64,000 nt of DNA, from the NCBI GenBank assembly GCA_964016885.1, contig OZ024747.1, forward strand, positions 23,188,001 to 23,252,000. Direction: 5' to 3'. The position numbers were made by a program, and so were the translations under genes. Source of the stretch: Eledone cirrhosa (taxonomy: Eukaryota). This document shows, one piece after another, positions 1-13,303 of the stretch. Under the pieces are notes generated by a model. That model did no database searches and was not told the origin of the DNA. It saw nothing but the letters and a program-made list of their open reading frames with translations. The stretch's first letter is position 1; every line of letters begins with the position of its first letter.

Positions 1-158
1 TTTGAACTCAGAATGCAAAGAACCACAACAAATACCGCAATGGCATTTTATCCAATGTTCAATCAAATCTGCCAACCCACCATACTTTAGCATAAAACAA
101 TGATGATTCTGTTGGTGCAGTTGTTTTTGCAGCTGAATGTTCCTTCTACTGCTAACCC

Positions 159-394
159 TTAACCCATTAGCTTTTACATTACTCTATATTTACTATTGTA
201 TTTTGTGGTAAAGGTGTTACCTCACATATACTATTGTATTTTCACAGTAGAGGCTTTACCTCACATAATTATCTCATTTTATTTTGAGAACAATACCTTA
301 ATATCAGTATGAGTGGCCAGTTACAGGCGGTTTGAACAGAAAGAGGTGAGAGAATTCTGGCTGGATATGGCCAGTTTAAATGCTAAAGGGTTAA
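159..394. mobile_element. TTAA-flanked MITE (piggyBac-like non-autonomous), family A, copy 1 (opposite orientation to the other copies)
   Basis: TTAA-CCC(a)TTAGC...GCTAAAGGG-TTAA terminal inverted repeats; the internal sequence is the reverse complement of the copies at 9145, 10795, 19570, 36200 and 57163. Confidence 0.75.
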
Positions 395-1952
395 ATGGGG
401 AGAGCAACATGTTTCCCATCAGGCAACTTGAGATAAACTGAGATAAGTATCTTAACTAGTTATAAAACACAATGGCTGCTATAAGATCTGAACTAGATAT
501 CATATAATCTATATAGTCCAGCATATCATACCTCATGTCTGATTTCATAAGTAGAGCTTGGCTTTAATAATTTATTCTTTGTTTTTTTACAATTCTTACA
601 TTTTAAATAATTTCATCTCAGGCAGCCTGAATTTTACTATATATTATTATGGTAGGAAACATTTGTCATTTGTTTCTTAAAATTCTAGCTTAATATACCA
701 AGAAATATAAAGATCAGCACTATTTTACTACCTTTTAAATCAGCCATTTTTAAGACATGATGTACACTTGACAGGGCAGTATTTGAATATCATTTGCAGC
801 AATTCAAATATGTTTATAAATTTTACTAGCTATTGTAAATTTAAAGTGGTATTATTAATTAATTCATTTTCTTTTTAGTCTTTTGGTAAATTTCTAAATT
901 TTATTTTATATAATTTTAACACCAAGCATGCTTTCATATTAAGGTGTGGTGGGGCATGGAGCTAAAAAAGGTTAAGGAATCACTGTTCAAAATGCTTGAT
1001 TATTTTGCACATTCATTGAAATACTCACAGAAATATGGTTGTCACTATATTAAGAAGGGCATCTAGCTTTAGAAACCAAGCCAAAATGGAACATATGACC
1101 TGGGTTGTCTAGTCTCAGAATGTGCAAAACTGTCCAACTCAAGCCAACTTGGAAAATAGACATTAAATGGTGGTTGTGGAGATGGTGGGGATGATGATGA
1201 TGGTGGTAGTGGTGATGATGATGGTAGTGGTGATGGTTTCTTATGGTCAAACGGTGCATTTTGGGGAAGTAGGGTTTTTTTTGTTTTTGTTGTTATTTAG
1301 TTTTTACTTTCATTACCATATGAATATAATTATGCCAGTCTTTTATACAGAGGCTTCCTTTTTGCTATGTTTTCTGAATGCATAGATCATTTTATATTAG
1401 AATAAAGGCTAGAAAGCTATTGGATTGTTAGCTAATGAAAGAGCTTTGAAGAAGTAAATTAGATTAATTTCAGAATGTCTTCTAGAGTTACAAAGTATAA
1501 ATAATTCTCTCCCTCTCTCTCTCTCTCTCTTATCATATTTCTGGTGCTGCTGCTGTTTGTATTGATTCACACAGATGAATGGCAAATTTTAGTTTTTTCT
1601 ATCAGCAATTTAGCAGACTGGGGGCTTATATTTCACACAGTTTGTGTGAAAAAAAAGAAGCCATATGTTTTTATAATATAAATCTAACTTGAGGAAGGCA
1701 GTGGGTGCAAGTTTAGTGCCACTGACACTACAAGTGCATATTTATTTGGTGTTCTACAGAATTCTATAGCCCCTTTTTCAATTGATGACTTCTCCATTTT
1801 AGTCAAGAATATCATCATTTGAGAATAGTTATAGACAGGCTGTTGAAGGATTTGGAGGTTTAACTTCTCACACTTTTATGTTTATTTTCTCATTGCTGGT
1901 ATAGTCTTCAAATTTAGGTAATTTTATATATTGTTATAGTCAGTTCTGATAT

Positions 1953-2042
1953 CATATATTTATATGTATGTATGTTTGTGTATATATATATATATGTATG
2001 TATATATATATATGTATGTATGTATATATATATGTATGTATG

Positions 2043-2073
<31 letters not shown>

Positions 2074-2186
2074 ATATATATATATATATATGTATGTATA
2101 TGTATGTATATATATATATGTATGTATATGTATGTATATATATATATATGTATGTATATATATATGTATGTATATATATATGTATG

Positions 2187-2222
<36 letters not shown>

Positions 2223-2478
2223 TATATGCATATATGTATATATATATGCATATATGTATATATATATGTATATATGTATATATATGTATGTATATATATA
2301 TGTATGTATGTATATATATATATGTATGTATATATATATGTATGTATATATATATATGTATGTATATATATATATGTATGTATATATATATGTATGTATA
2401 TATATATGTATGTATATATATATATGTATGTATATATATATGTATGTATATATATATGTATGTATATATATATGTATG

Positions 2479-2513
<35 letters not shown>

Positions 2514-2518
2514 GTATG

Positions 2519-2588
<70 letters not shown>

Positions 2589-3110
2589 TATATGTATGTA
2601 TATATATATATATGTATATGTATGTATATATATATATATGTATATGTATATATATATGTATATATGTATGTATATATATATATATGTATATGTATATATA
2701 TATGTATATATGTATGTATATATATATATATGTATATGTATATATATATGTATATATGTATGTATATATATATGTATGTATATATATATGTATGTATATA
2801 TATATATATGTATATGTATATATATATGTATATATGTATGTATATATATATATATGTATATGTATATATATATGTATATATGTATGTATATATATATATA
2901 TGTATATGTATATATATATGTATATATGTATGTATATATATATGTATGTATATATATATATATGTATATGTATATATATATGTATATATGTATGTATATA
3001 TATATGTATGTATGTATATATATATGTATGTATGTATATATATATATATGTATGTATATATATATATATGTATGTATATATATATATATGTATGTATATA
3101 TATATGTATG

Positions 3111-3189
<79 letters not shown>

Positions 3190-3302
3190 GTATATATATG
3201 TATATATGTATGTATATATGTATGTATATATATATATATGTATGTATATATATATATATGTATGTATATATATATATATATGTATGTATATATATATGTA
3301 TG

Positions 3303-3351
<49 letters not shown>

Positions 3352-3413
3352 GGACATTAAACGATGATGATGTATATACATACACATATACACACACATA
3401 CAAACACACATAC

Positions 3414-3472
<59 letters not shown>

Positions 3473-3482
3473 TACATATATA
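1953..3482. repeat. compound (TA)n/(TATG)n microsatellite, ~1.5 kb
   Basis: Directly visible; generates the spurious Y/I/H/T and Y/I/C/M/V ORFs. Confidence 0.97.
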
Positions 3483-3550
3483 TCAGTGTGAACATGCTAT
3501 CTTAAAGGTAGTGTATTTTGCATTGATATCATTGTATTATATATTCCTAT

Positions 3551-3571
3551 AGAGAGAGAGAGGGGACAAGA

Positions 3572-3608
<37 letters not shown>

Positions 3609-4066
3609 GACAATAAGAGGAGAGAGTGATAGGGCAAGAAGAGGAGAGAGAGATAGGGAGAGAGCGATGGGGTAAGAAAGAGAGAGAGAGATAGATAGGA
3701 CAAGGAGAAATAGATAGGACAAGGAGAAATAGATAGGACAAGGAGAGAGAGATAGGACAAGGAGAGACAGGACAAGGAGAGACAGGACAAGGAGAGACAG
3801 ATAGGACAAGGAGAGACAGACAGGACAAGAAGAGACAGATAGGACAAGGAGAGAGAGATAGGACAAGGAGAGATAGATAGGACAAGAAGGAAAGAGGGAT
3901 ATGGCAAGACGGAGAGAGATAGGACAAGAAGGAGAGAGATAGGACAAGGAGAGACATATAGGACAAGAAAGAGAGAGGGAGATAGGACAAGAAGGAGAGA
4001 CATATAGGACAAGAAAGAGAGAGAGGACAAGAAGGAGAGAGAGATATGACAAGGAGGAGAGAGAGA
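3551..4066. repeat. purine-rich degenerate tandem repeat (GATAGGACAAGGAGAGA-like units)
   Basis: Repeated GGACAAG core within (GA)n tracts. Confidence 0.9.
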
Positions 4067-4106
4067 AATATTTTTTATCATCATCAGACTGTAAATTATT
4101 ATACTA

Positions 4107-4345
4107 ATGCTGGGTACTAATAGTATAATTGTTTCTACTTTAGGCACAAGGCCAGCAATTACCCAGTGCATTACTGGTACTTTATTTTATCGACCCCGTA
4201 AGGATGAAAGGCAAAGTCAATCCCGCCGAGGTTGACTTTGCCTTTCATCCTTACAGGGTCGATAAAATAAAGTACCAGTAATGCACTGGGTAATTGCTGG
4301 CCTTGTGCCTAAAGTAGAAACAATTATACTATTAGTACCCAGCAT
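4107..4345. repeat. near-perfect palindrome built from the 3' half of a tRNA-derived SINE plus flanking DNA
   Basis: Arms ~4107-4220 and 4232-4345 are reverse complements (one mismatch seen); the loop TCCCGCCGAGG is part of the SINE body seen at 59931. Confidence 0.9.
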
Positions 4346-5562
4346 ACATTAGATATTATTTAACATAAGGTTGATGTATCATCAGTATGGTATTGGTATG
4401 TTCATGTGTATACTAGTCTTTACTCTTCAGCTTGTATCTGATTTCAGTAATTTATAGAGTGACTTGTCTATTAACATAACCTGGTATTCACAGTTTAGCC
4501 AATAAATGTATTATGTTATAAATGATTAAAGATGTGTCTGTATTTATTTGTGTACCACTTCAATCAGTTGCTAAGTTTTTGAGCAATATATTTTATAACC
4601 TTTAATATCCAAATACCTATTATATGACCCCCCCACCCAACGAATAGGTTACAAAAACAAAATGTTCCATATCCTAACTCCCCCACCCTATCCAACATAT
4701 TTTCAATTTATATTTCCACACTAAGTAATTTATTTCTTCACTTTGCTAATTTCTAAAATGTTATTCTATATTTAATTTTTTTCCATAATTTATTTTTGTC
4801 TAGTGTTAAAGGTTTGCAGCTATAAGCTGTTTCTGATTTAGACTTCAATATATGGTGCGTGATTTTTAGATATGTGTAACTTATAATTCATTCTATATTT
4901 TGCTTACTTTCTCTTTCCTTTAAATAAATAGAAATAAATTTCTCAGGGAGATGTCTTATATTTTCTGTATCCAACTAAACAAATTAGTTCAGTCAGTCAC
5001 CAAAATAAATATGATTTAAATATGATTGATTCACCTATTTTTAAAAATAACAAATCATATATTGGAAAGTACCTAGTTGAACTATATACTAAATTGAAAT
5101 TAAAGCTGCCAGGTATATATTGATTTTTATTGTTGTTGTTCTCAAATATTGTTGTTTATTTTAATTAGCTGTATTTTTCGTGACTTTAAGAGTACATCCA
5201 CGCAGTTCCTAAATGGTTGTCAACTCAACCCTCTTTTTACTACTTCCCAATTAATAATAAAGCAAGTGTCCATTTCCTAGAGCAAATTTACTCTGTGTAA
5301 GGAAAAAAAAACAATCCTCTTTCTTTCTTTCATTCTTTCTTTCTTTCTTTTCTCCAGAGACACTTATCAATCTAAAGATTTTGCTTATAAGAATGCTGAC
5401 ACAGTTAAGCATCAAGTGAAATTCTTGAATAAATAATTAGTGTGTTAAATATCCTTTCTTATAAGCAAGATGTGTAGACACGATTCTGCTTGTCGCCAAT
5501 TTGCCATTACAGTTTTACATTAACAGACAACTAAACTTTCAAATATTTCTAGCAAATAGAGT

Positions 5563-5596
<34 letters not shown>

Positions 5597-5913
5597 CCAC
5601 CATTGTTTTATAGCTGGATGTCTTTCCTGACACCAACCCTTTTGTCACATCTTATGACACAGGGATATGGTATACCTATTCTAAAAAAAACAGGATAAAG
5701 AAATGAAATAATTTCATTTGACAGACTCAGTAGAGGGTCAGACAAAATGTCTTGTGGTATTTAGTTATGACTCTCTATGTTTTGAGTTCAAATCCTGTCA
5801 GTGTCGACTTTACTTTTTTTCCTCCAGGGTTTATAAAATAAAGTTCCAGTAAAATTTTATATGTCCTAATACCTGACCCTTCACCCATGCCCTTACACCC
5901 CAGCCCCCAATCT

Positions 5914-6652
5914 TCACTGTAAAGTGGTTGCTTTGGTGCCATGACAAAAGGTGCCCAGTCTATACTGTAAAGTGGTCATGTTGGTATCATGACAAAAAGC
6001 ACCCAGCCCACACAGTAAAGTGGTCATTATGGTGCCACGATAAAAGGAACCCAGTCCACACTGTAAAGTGGTCATTATGGTGCCACGATAAAAAACACCC
6101 AGCCCACACAGTAAAGTGGTCATTATGGTGCCACGATAAAAGGAACCCAGTCCACACTGTAAAGTGGTCATTATGGTGCCACGATAAAAAACACCCAGCC
6201 CACACAGTAAAGTGGTCATTATGGTGCCACGATAAAAGGAACCCAGTCCACACTGTAAAGTGGTCATTATGGTGCCACGATAAAAGGAACCCAGTCCACA
6301 CTGTAAAGTGGTCATTATGGTGCCACGATAAAAGGAACCCAGTCCACACTGTAAATTGGTCATTATGGTGCCACGATAAAAGGAACCCAGTCCACACTGT
6401 AAAGTGGTCATTATGGTGCCACGATAAAAGGAACCCAGTCCACACTGTAAAGTGGTCATGTAGTAGTCATGACAAAAAGCACCCAGCCCACACTGTAAAT
6501 GTAGTTGGCATTAGGAAATGCATCCAGCCGGAGAAACCTAACCAGAAATAGTCCTGTATGAGCAAGACACAGTCACCTGACTTATCTCAAATGGGACAAC
6601 TTGTCTAACCCATGCTAGCATTCAAAATGGATGTTAAATGATGATGATGATG
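5914..6652 (+). repeat. 45-bp minisatellite (~13 units) expanded inside a LINE-3'UTR/SINE-tail repeat ending in (GAT)n
   Basis: Unit CACTGTAAAGTGGTCATTATGGTGCCACGATAAAAGGAACCCAGTCCA-like, giving 15-aa periodic ORFs; the downstream part matches the 3' tails at 29790, 34710 and 38055. Confidence 0.9.
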
Positions 6653-7578
6653 AGTATGACTATTCTTCTTCAAAATATATGGCATTGTGCCAATCTTAGG
6701 AAATAATATATTTTCAGCAGATAATTCCTTGATTGGTAAATTATTTTATTTGTATTTATTTATTTATTTATATATTTATATTAATATTTTAAATGCCATT
6801 AAGTTCCTGGATGAGATGAGTTTACAGACCATTACTCGTCTCATTGAACTGAAGGTTACTTAATTCTAGATATAGAGCTTCGTGATCAGAAATCAATTAT
6901 CTGTTGGCTGTCTTAACTAAGCAAAACTTTACTGTAATAGTGTTCTTTCATCATCATTTTATAGTTTACTTTTCCTGTAATTCATTCCCTTGACAATTCT
7001 GTCCTCTCTTTAAATACAATCAAATGCTTTCATTGCAATTTCTTTAAACTCTTCATTACTCATTTATATTCAAGACATTTTATGGCTTTCCTTCCGTCTA
7101 TTACTTCTCTTCATCCCTGTTGAATATATTTATGTTACTATGTTAAAGATGCCAACAAGTTATTTGTAAAAAAAAAAAAACTATTATATGCTATATATTA
7201 TAAAATATACAGCTACTCGGGAAGTTCATATGAGGCACTTATTTATAAAATATAATATACAGAGTTTATATAAATAATTTTCAATCACGATGGATACTGT
7301 AAGAAACTGGTTAGACCGTTACTCACCAGAGTACTCGATACTTGGGGTAGTAGAGTATAGTTATATGAATAAGTCAGGACCCTGACGGCTGAGATCTTGC
7401 CGTTTCAACATCTAGGTCTAGCCTGGAACTAGCTGGCACCTTGTTGAACTCTACCAACTTAACACTTAATCCAACAATGTATGGAAATATCTAAATTATT
7501 AAAGACTCAGTTCATAATTCTGTTGTCAAACAATTGCAAAAACATATTAAGCATACCTTGAAACAATACTCTTATCAT

Positions 7579-8225
7579 TTAACCCTTTTGATTACAGCTC
7601 ACCTGAAGCTGCCCCTGATTCTATGGTACAAATATCTTTGTTTTAAAGTGTTTATTTCTCTAAAAACCTTCCATCATAATTTATGTAAGAATCTTTGTTG
7701 TTATGTTACAAACACCAAATTTGACTAAATCTCTCCAAATTTTTGATTATGTTCAAAATGCTTTGAAAATCATAGACAGTGTCTTTTCTGAGAAATATGT
7801 TAATGGAAGGGTTAAGGTTTTTATATTTATCTATAAAACCTTTAATTGTGATTTTATATAAGCATCTTTGGTAAGTTATGTTGCAAACACAAACCTGATA
7901 ATGAGAAAGTTATATTACTAAATCTTTCTAAATTCTTGACTAATTTCACAATTATTTGAAGATCATAGACATTACTTTTTGATAAAAATATGGTAATGAA
8001 AGGGTTAAGTTTTCTGTATGTGGTTGATAAAAAATTATGATAACATACTGGCACATTATTAATCTATGCAATTAATAAAAAACTGCTTGTGTGTGTCTGC
8101 CAAAGTAGAGTTAACAAAATTAAAGATAAAGATCAATTTTTCTATACACAAACATTTACACTTTTGATAAATTTATTCATTAATCATTTTCATCACTAAA
8201 CTTGATATAATAACGGAAGGGTTAA
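7579..8225. mobile_element. cluster of degraded TTAA-flanked MITE family B copies
   Basis: TTAACCCTT...AAGGGTTAA ends repeated at ~7816, ~8008 and ~8225; similar elements at ~19970-20145, ~20799, ~23883-24141 and ~48710. Confidence 0.55.
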
Positions 8226-8777
8226 GGTTTTTATATTTATCTATAAAACTTATTTTATAGATATATATTAATCATTCTGTCTGGAAGTTTCAAATTAAAA
8301 CATTTCAGTGCTATGAATGTAAAATATAAATATTTTTAGATTTCTTAAACATTGTTGTTGTTCTTTCATATTTAAATAAAAATTCAAATTACTATTATAT
8401 TAACATTTGAAAACAAAATATGTTTTCTGATTTTTAAGCATAGCCTTATTTATCATTTTTAAAAAGTGTTTTATCTTGAAGTCATTTTCCTTCAAAAATT
8501 TTAAAGAGAATTTTAAAGATTTATCTAGGAATCGTGATGATGTGAAAGTTAAAAGTGAGATGAAAGTCTAGAGTTTATGGCTAGGTACTTTTATAACATT
8601 TGATTATCTGTAAAATTTTCTTATCTATAAAAACATTTTTATTATATTTTATGTTTATCCTATAAAAATTTGACTGAATTTGTCTAATAAACAACATTTT
8701 ATAAAGTAAAATTTGAAAAATGATACAAAACATTGAGGAAAAAAACCAGAATGCTTCTTCTTCTGGTAACTTTTCAG

Positions 8778-8894
8778 AAAATAACAAGCAACGATATATA
8801 AGATCCAAATTGAAGAGATCATTGCGCCGAGTATCCTCATATTATTCCAATATCTACCCACCTGATTTTTCTACAGAGGACTCTTTACAAATTG
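8778..8894 (+). CDS. SULF-like gene exon (hydrophilic-domain region; (E)NNKQRYIRSKLKRSLRRVSSYYSNIYPPDFSTEDSLQI)
   Basis: ttttcag acceptor and G|gtaagt donor, 117 nt, phase 1-1, open frame that joins in phase to the 21069 exon; R-x-x-R motifs typical of the SULF furin-cleavage region; not recognisable by homology on its own. Confidence 0.65.
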
Positions 8895-9144
8895 GTAAGT
8901 TTTAGCGAAGTTGTTTGTGGTGATCCATTTTAACTCATGAACTACATAACACTATAGAAAGATTTAGGCTTCAGAATTTTAGCCTTAAAATAGTCGATCT
9001 CACATTTAAATTACTTAATATAAATTATCAATCATATTTTATGATTTTTTGCTTCTTTTATGATGTTATATTTTTTGCCATTTTGAAATGCAAGTAATTT
9101 AGATTAAAAAAAATAATTTGCAAGAAACACAACCGCAGACAATA

Positions 9145-9373
9145 TTAACCCTTTATCATTTAAACTGGCTCTATCTGGTCAGAATTCTTGCACCTCTTTC
9201 TATTCAAACCGGCCATAACTGACTGCTCATACTTATATTAAGGTATTGTTCTCAAAATAAATGATATCAAAATCCTGTAGATTTGATATTATGTGAGATA
9301 ATTGTGTGAAATAAAGTGTTTACCGTGAAAATACAATAGCAAATATAGAGTAATGTAAATGCTAAAGGGTTAA
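9145..9373. mobile_element. TTAA-flanked MITE family A copy
   Basis: TTAACCCTTT...GCTAAAGGGTTAA; same internal sequence as the other copies. Confidence 0.75.
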
Positions 9374-9857
9374 AGCATGCTTAATTCAAAATATTTGCCA
9401 AATGTAAATGTCAAATTTATCAGTTAACTGCATGTATCAATGAGGTGAATTATTTCTGTTAAAAAAGGAGACAACTCTTTCACATAAAATATCGGAGCTC
9501 TATCTCAGCTTTCTTTGTTTTATTATACAATTATATATTTTTGTGAAATCTGACTTTCTTATTTCACTTTTATAACTTTCATCAACGGTAATTAATTTGA
9601 AGCAATAATTATCATACAACTCTCTCATCTCACATAACTAACTTTTTACTGAAATGTTTATGATTGAACAGTTGACATTTATAGTAGCAATTATACTCTC
9701 TTTGCTTAAGGATTTGCTAACATGTAATTCTAAAACCTGATTGGAATTTTCATATTCTTCTTCATTGTCATATTAATATACCAATATCTGTTGCATGTCA
9801 CACCCATTGATATATATATATGTATATACCCACACATACATATACATGCATACATAT

Positions 9858-9938
<81 letters not shown>

Positions 9939-10794
9939 ATCATGTATGTGATTGTGTGTGTGTCTGCTGTGAAGAACTAAATCTCTTGTGTGCACTTTTC
10001 AACAGCTTTACCATTATAATCACTGCTGCATGAGTGTTTCTGAAATGAAATATTATTAGAATTCTATTCCTTGAGGAGGTGAATTGCCAGAGTCATTAGA
10101 ATGTTAGATAGAATGCTTTACAGTTTCGGCTGTCTACACTTTGAGTTCAAATCTTGCTGGGATCAATTTTGCCTTTTGTCCTTTTGAGGTTGATAAAAAA
10201 AAAAGTATCAATTCAGTACTGGGGTCAATTCTTCCTCTATATCTTTCACTTCCTTTTTATCAGTCTCTCTTTTGCTGGAAGGAATTAGCTGTGCTTAGAC
10301 CTGGAGAGGAGATGAACTCCATGTGGTTGAAATGCCAAAGAAACACTATATGTCACTATGCTACCTCTACAACACCATCCATAGTTATGGGCCCATACAT
10401 ACACTATTCCTTGATTTGGGGCCTTAGTTATAAATAAAAGCATGTAAGTTTAACCTTATGCAGGGATATTTAAGCCTTGAAAAATGTAGAGTTAAAGACT
10501 ATAAATTATAGCATTAAATACCTATGCATTCAAAACCCATGCTGGCATGGGTTGAATAGGATGTTTTGAGACAATGTCTTACAGCTGGATACTCTTCCTG
10601 ATGTCAACTCTTTTAGTCACCTCATACAGCATGTAGGGATACAGTGTATCTATTATAAACACACATAATGTATGGTTGTGTCTTTATTTGTAGTGGTGTT
10701 ATTTATATTCAGTTTGACAATTAGAAATTGTTGCAATAAATATCAGTTTTAAACAGAAATAAGTACTGAGTGTCAACACTGTAGATTATACACT

Positions 10795-11014
10795 TTAACC
10801 CTTTAACCAGCCATATCTGGCCAGTATTCTCTCACCTCTTTCTGTTCAAACCAGCTATAACTAGCCACTCATACTGATGTTAAGGTATTGTTTTGAAAAT
10901 AAATAATATCAAAACCTCATAGATTCGACATTATGTGAGATATTATGTGAAATAAAGCCTTTACCATGAAAATATAATAGTATATATACAGTAATGTAAA
11001 TGCTAAAGGGTTAA
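10795..11014. mobile_element. TTAA-flanked MITE family A copy
   Basis: Same TIRs and internal sequence. Confidence 0.75.
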
Positions 11015-12359
11015 GGCAGTGCTGTAGCATGGGTGTAGTCCAATGACTGAAACCAGAAGGAGAATAAAAGTATAACCATTATTATTGTCCATTTTAATTT
11101 TAGTTAGTAAAAAGTTTTATAAGAAAATATGATAATATTATTATCAGATAATAGTTTCTGCCAGCTTGTCAGAATATTAGACTTGTTGTTATATCCATTA
11201 TTATCTGAGGTTTCTCATACTGACATCATTTAACATGTCTGTCTGATAACTGCTTTACTTTGAACATTTATCAAGTTTCGCTCTTATCTTTTAAATTAGA
11301 TTTCCTTTGTCCTTCTGCTGTTTTCCAAAATTGGTCCACCCATCTATTATTATTCACTCTTTACAATATGTCACATCAAACATTGTAACTTCTTTTGCTA
11401 CTGAATATGACTGTTCTATTCTATAGCAGTTTATCCTTTTCTTGTTGATGTTGTTGTTGTTTGGGAATCCTATTCAACCTGGTAAAACAGACCCATATTA
11501 TAGGTGTAGGTGAGACTGTTCCTCCTCCTCCTCATCACCATCATCATCATCACCATCACCATCACCATCATCACCATCACCATCATCACCGTCATCGTCA
11601 CCGTCATCGTCATCGTCATCTTCATGTTTAATATCCATTTTCCCTGTTAGCAAGGGTCTGACATGTCAAAGATTGGCCAGTACTCAAGTGGAGCCTCCAA
11701 TCTCCATGTTGGTCAGGGGTTTGACATACGAGGCCACATTCTACCAAATACATGTTACATGGGACCCACACTAGTGAAGAAGTTGTCATGTCTTTGGCAT
11801 AGCTGAAAAGTCTTCCTGATCCCTTGTTTGGCAGGTTTTCTGCAGTTGGATGTTCTTCTTATCACTAACCACTATACAGAGTGTACTGGGTGATGGTGTG
11901 GTGTAAATCTGAATATGTTATGGTCTCTGTTGGAAACATGCTGCTCATTTTTGACATTGGCTCCTGCACTGTAATTTTATCAACTACCACAGCTACCATT
12001 AAATTGTCTCATTCTGGAAGACAATTAACTATTTTTCTTTGCAACAACAACTAGATAGGCCCCTTGCCAGGCTTTGACAGCTCAGTGTGGCTTCAGAACA
12101 TTCTGGGGGGGACAATCTAAATTGTAATAATTCTAAGGTTGCGTTTAGGAATAACTGAATCACCATAAATATTTTTTCAAAATTTGAGGGTGCACTATTG
12201 GAAAGTATGTATGTATGTGTGTGTGTGTGGGTGTGAGTGCGGGCAGTCACAAGCAGTGTCCCCCCCTCCCACCACCTCCACCACCACAATCTCTGGCAAC
12301 AGGCCCACAACTAGGTAACAATAGTGTGCTGTTGTTGTTATGTTTACGTGGATTTCATT

Positions 12360-12945
12360 GACAGTACTGAGAGAGAGAGATAGAGAGATAGACAGAGAGG
12401 TATTTCTGTGCTTGGGAGAGAGGGGTATCTCTGCTGTGCTTGAGTTCTTATAATAACTCTCCCTAATAATTGACAGTACTGAGAGAGGGGGGGGGGGGTA
12501 TTTCTGTGGTTGAGTTCTTAGCATAATAGCTCTCCCTAATAATTGACAGTACTGGGAGAGAGAGAGAGAGAGAGAGGGGGGGGGGTGTATTTCTGTGGTT
12601 GAGTTCTTATCATAATAGCTCTCCCCAGGGCAGTGAATTGGCAGTATCGGTAGAACATCGGATGCCATAGAGTTATGACCCTTTATGCTCTGAGTTCAAA
12701 TCCAGCTGAGGTTAACTTTCATCCTTACGGGGGGGGGGGGGGGGGGTCAATAAAATAAAGTACCAGTCATGCACTGGGGTCGATTTAATCGACTTTCACC
12801 TCACCCCAAAATTGCTGGCCTTGTGCCTATATAAGAAACCATTATAATAACTCTCCCAAACAATTGACAGAACTGAGGGAGAGAGAGAGAGAGAGGGGGG
12901 GGTATATCTGTGCTTGGGTTCTTATTACAATAGCTCTCCCAAACA
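12360..12945. repeat. degenerate ~60-70 bp tandem repeat interrupted by a SINE (~12628-12845)
   Basis: Recurring GACAGTACTGAGAGAG...GTATTTCTGTG.TTGAGTTCTTA..ATAATAGCTCTCCC units on both sides of a SINE copy. Confidence 0.7.
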
Positions 12946-13303
12946 ATTTCTACTGTGGAGATGCAGCAGTAGATAAATATCAATAATAATTAACATGTGT
13001 CTCCAGTATGTTTTAACTTCTGCTGTTATTGCAGGAACCGTGTCTCTTATTTCAGCTCATCCATTCCCCTTTTTATATGTTATCTGCTTATCTTGTGTTT
13101 CATAACAGTCAGTAAGGAGTATCATATTGCAAAGCAACTGTCTGATATTGGTGCTGAGCCCATGCTTCACTGGGTTAGGGTTTTTTCTATTTATCACCAT
13201 CCTTATCATCATTTCTAACCAGAACATGGTATATGTGACTTTCAATCCCAATTAAGAGACAAGTTTTTCAGTTGATGCTTTCTTTCTATGTAAAATATAG
13301 TGT

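Noticed and set aside
1050-1385. His-rich and Met/Val-rich ORFs
   Set aside because: Products of a (GAT/GGT)n tract at the tail of a decayed repeat
1914-3495. 460-510 aa ORFs in several frames on both strands
   Set aside because: Translations of a (TA)/(TATG) microsatellite that lacks stop codons; not genes
5083-5100. ATATACTAAATTGAA resembling U6
   Set aside because: Too short and AT-rich; flanks do not match U6
5914-6551. CRISPR-like or repeat-protein interpretation of the 45-bp array
   Set aside because: Units are contiguous with no unique spacers, the context is eukaryotic, and the unit derives from a retroelement tail
7375-7460. Hairpin-rich segment with minus-strand GAAACGGC...GCCGTC resembling hammerhead stem III
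   Set aside because: No properly placed CUGANGA box was found
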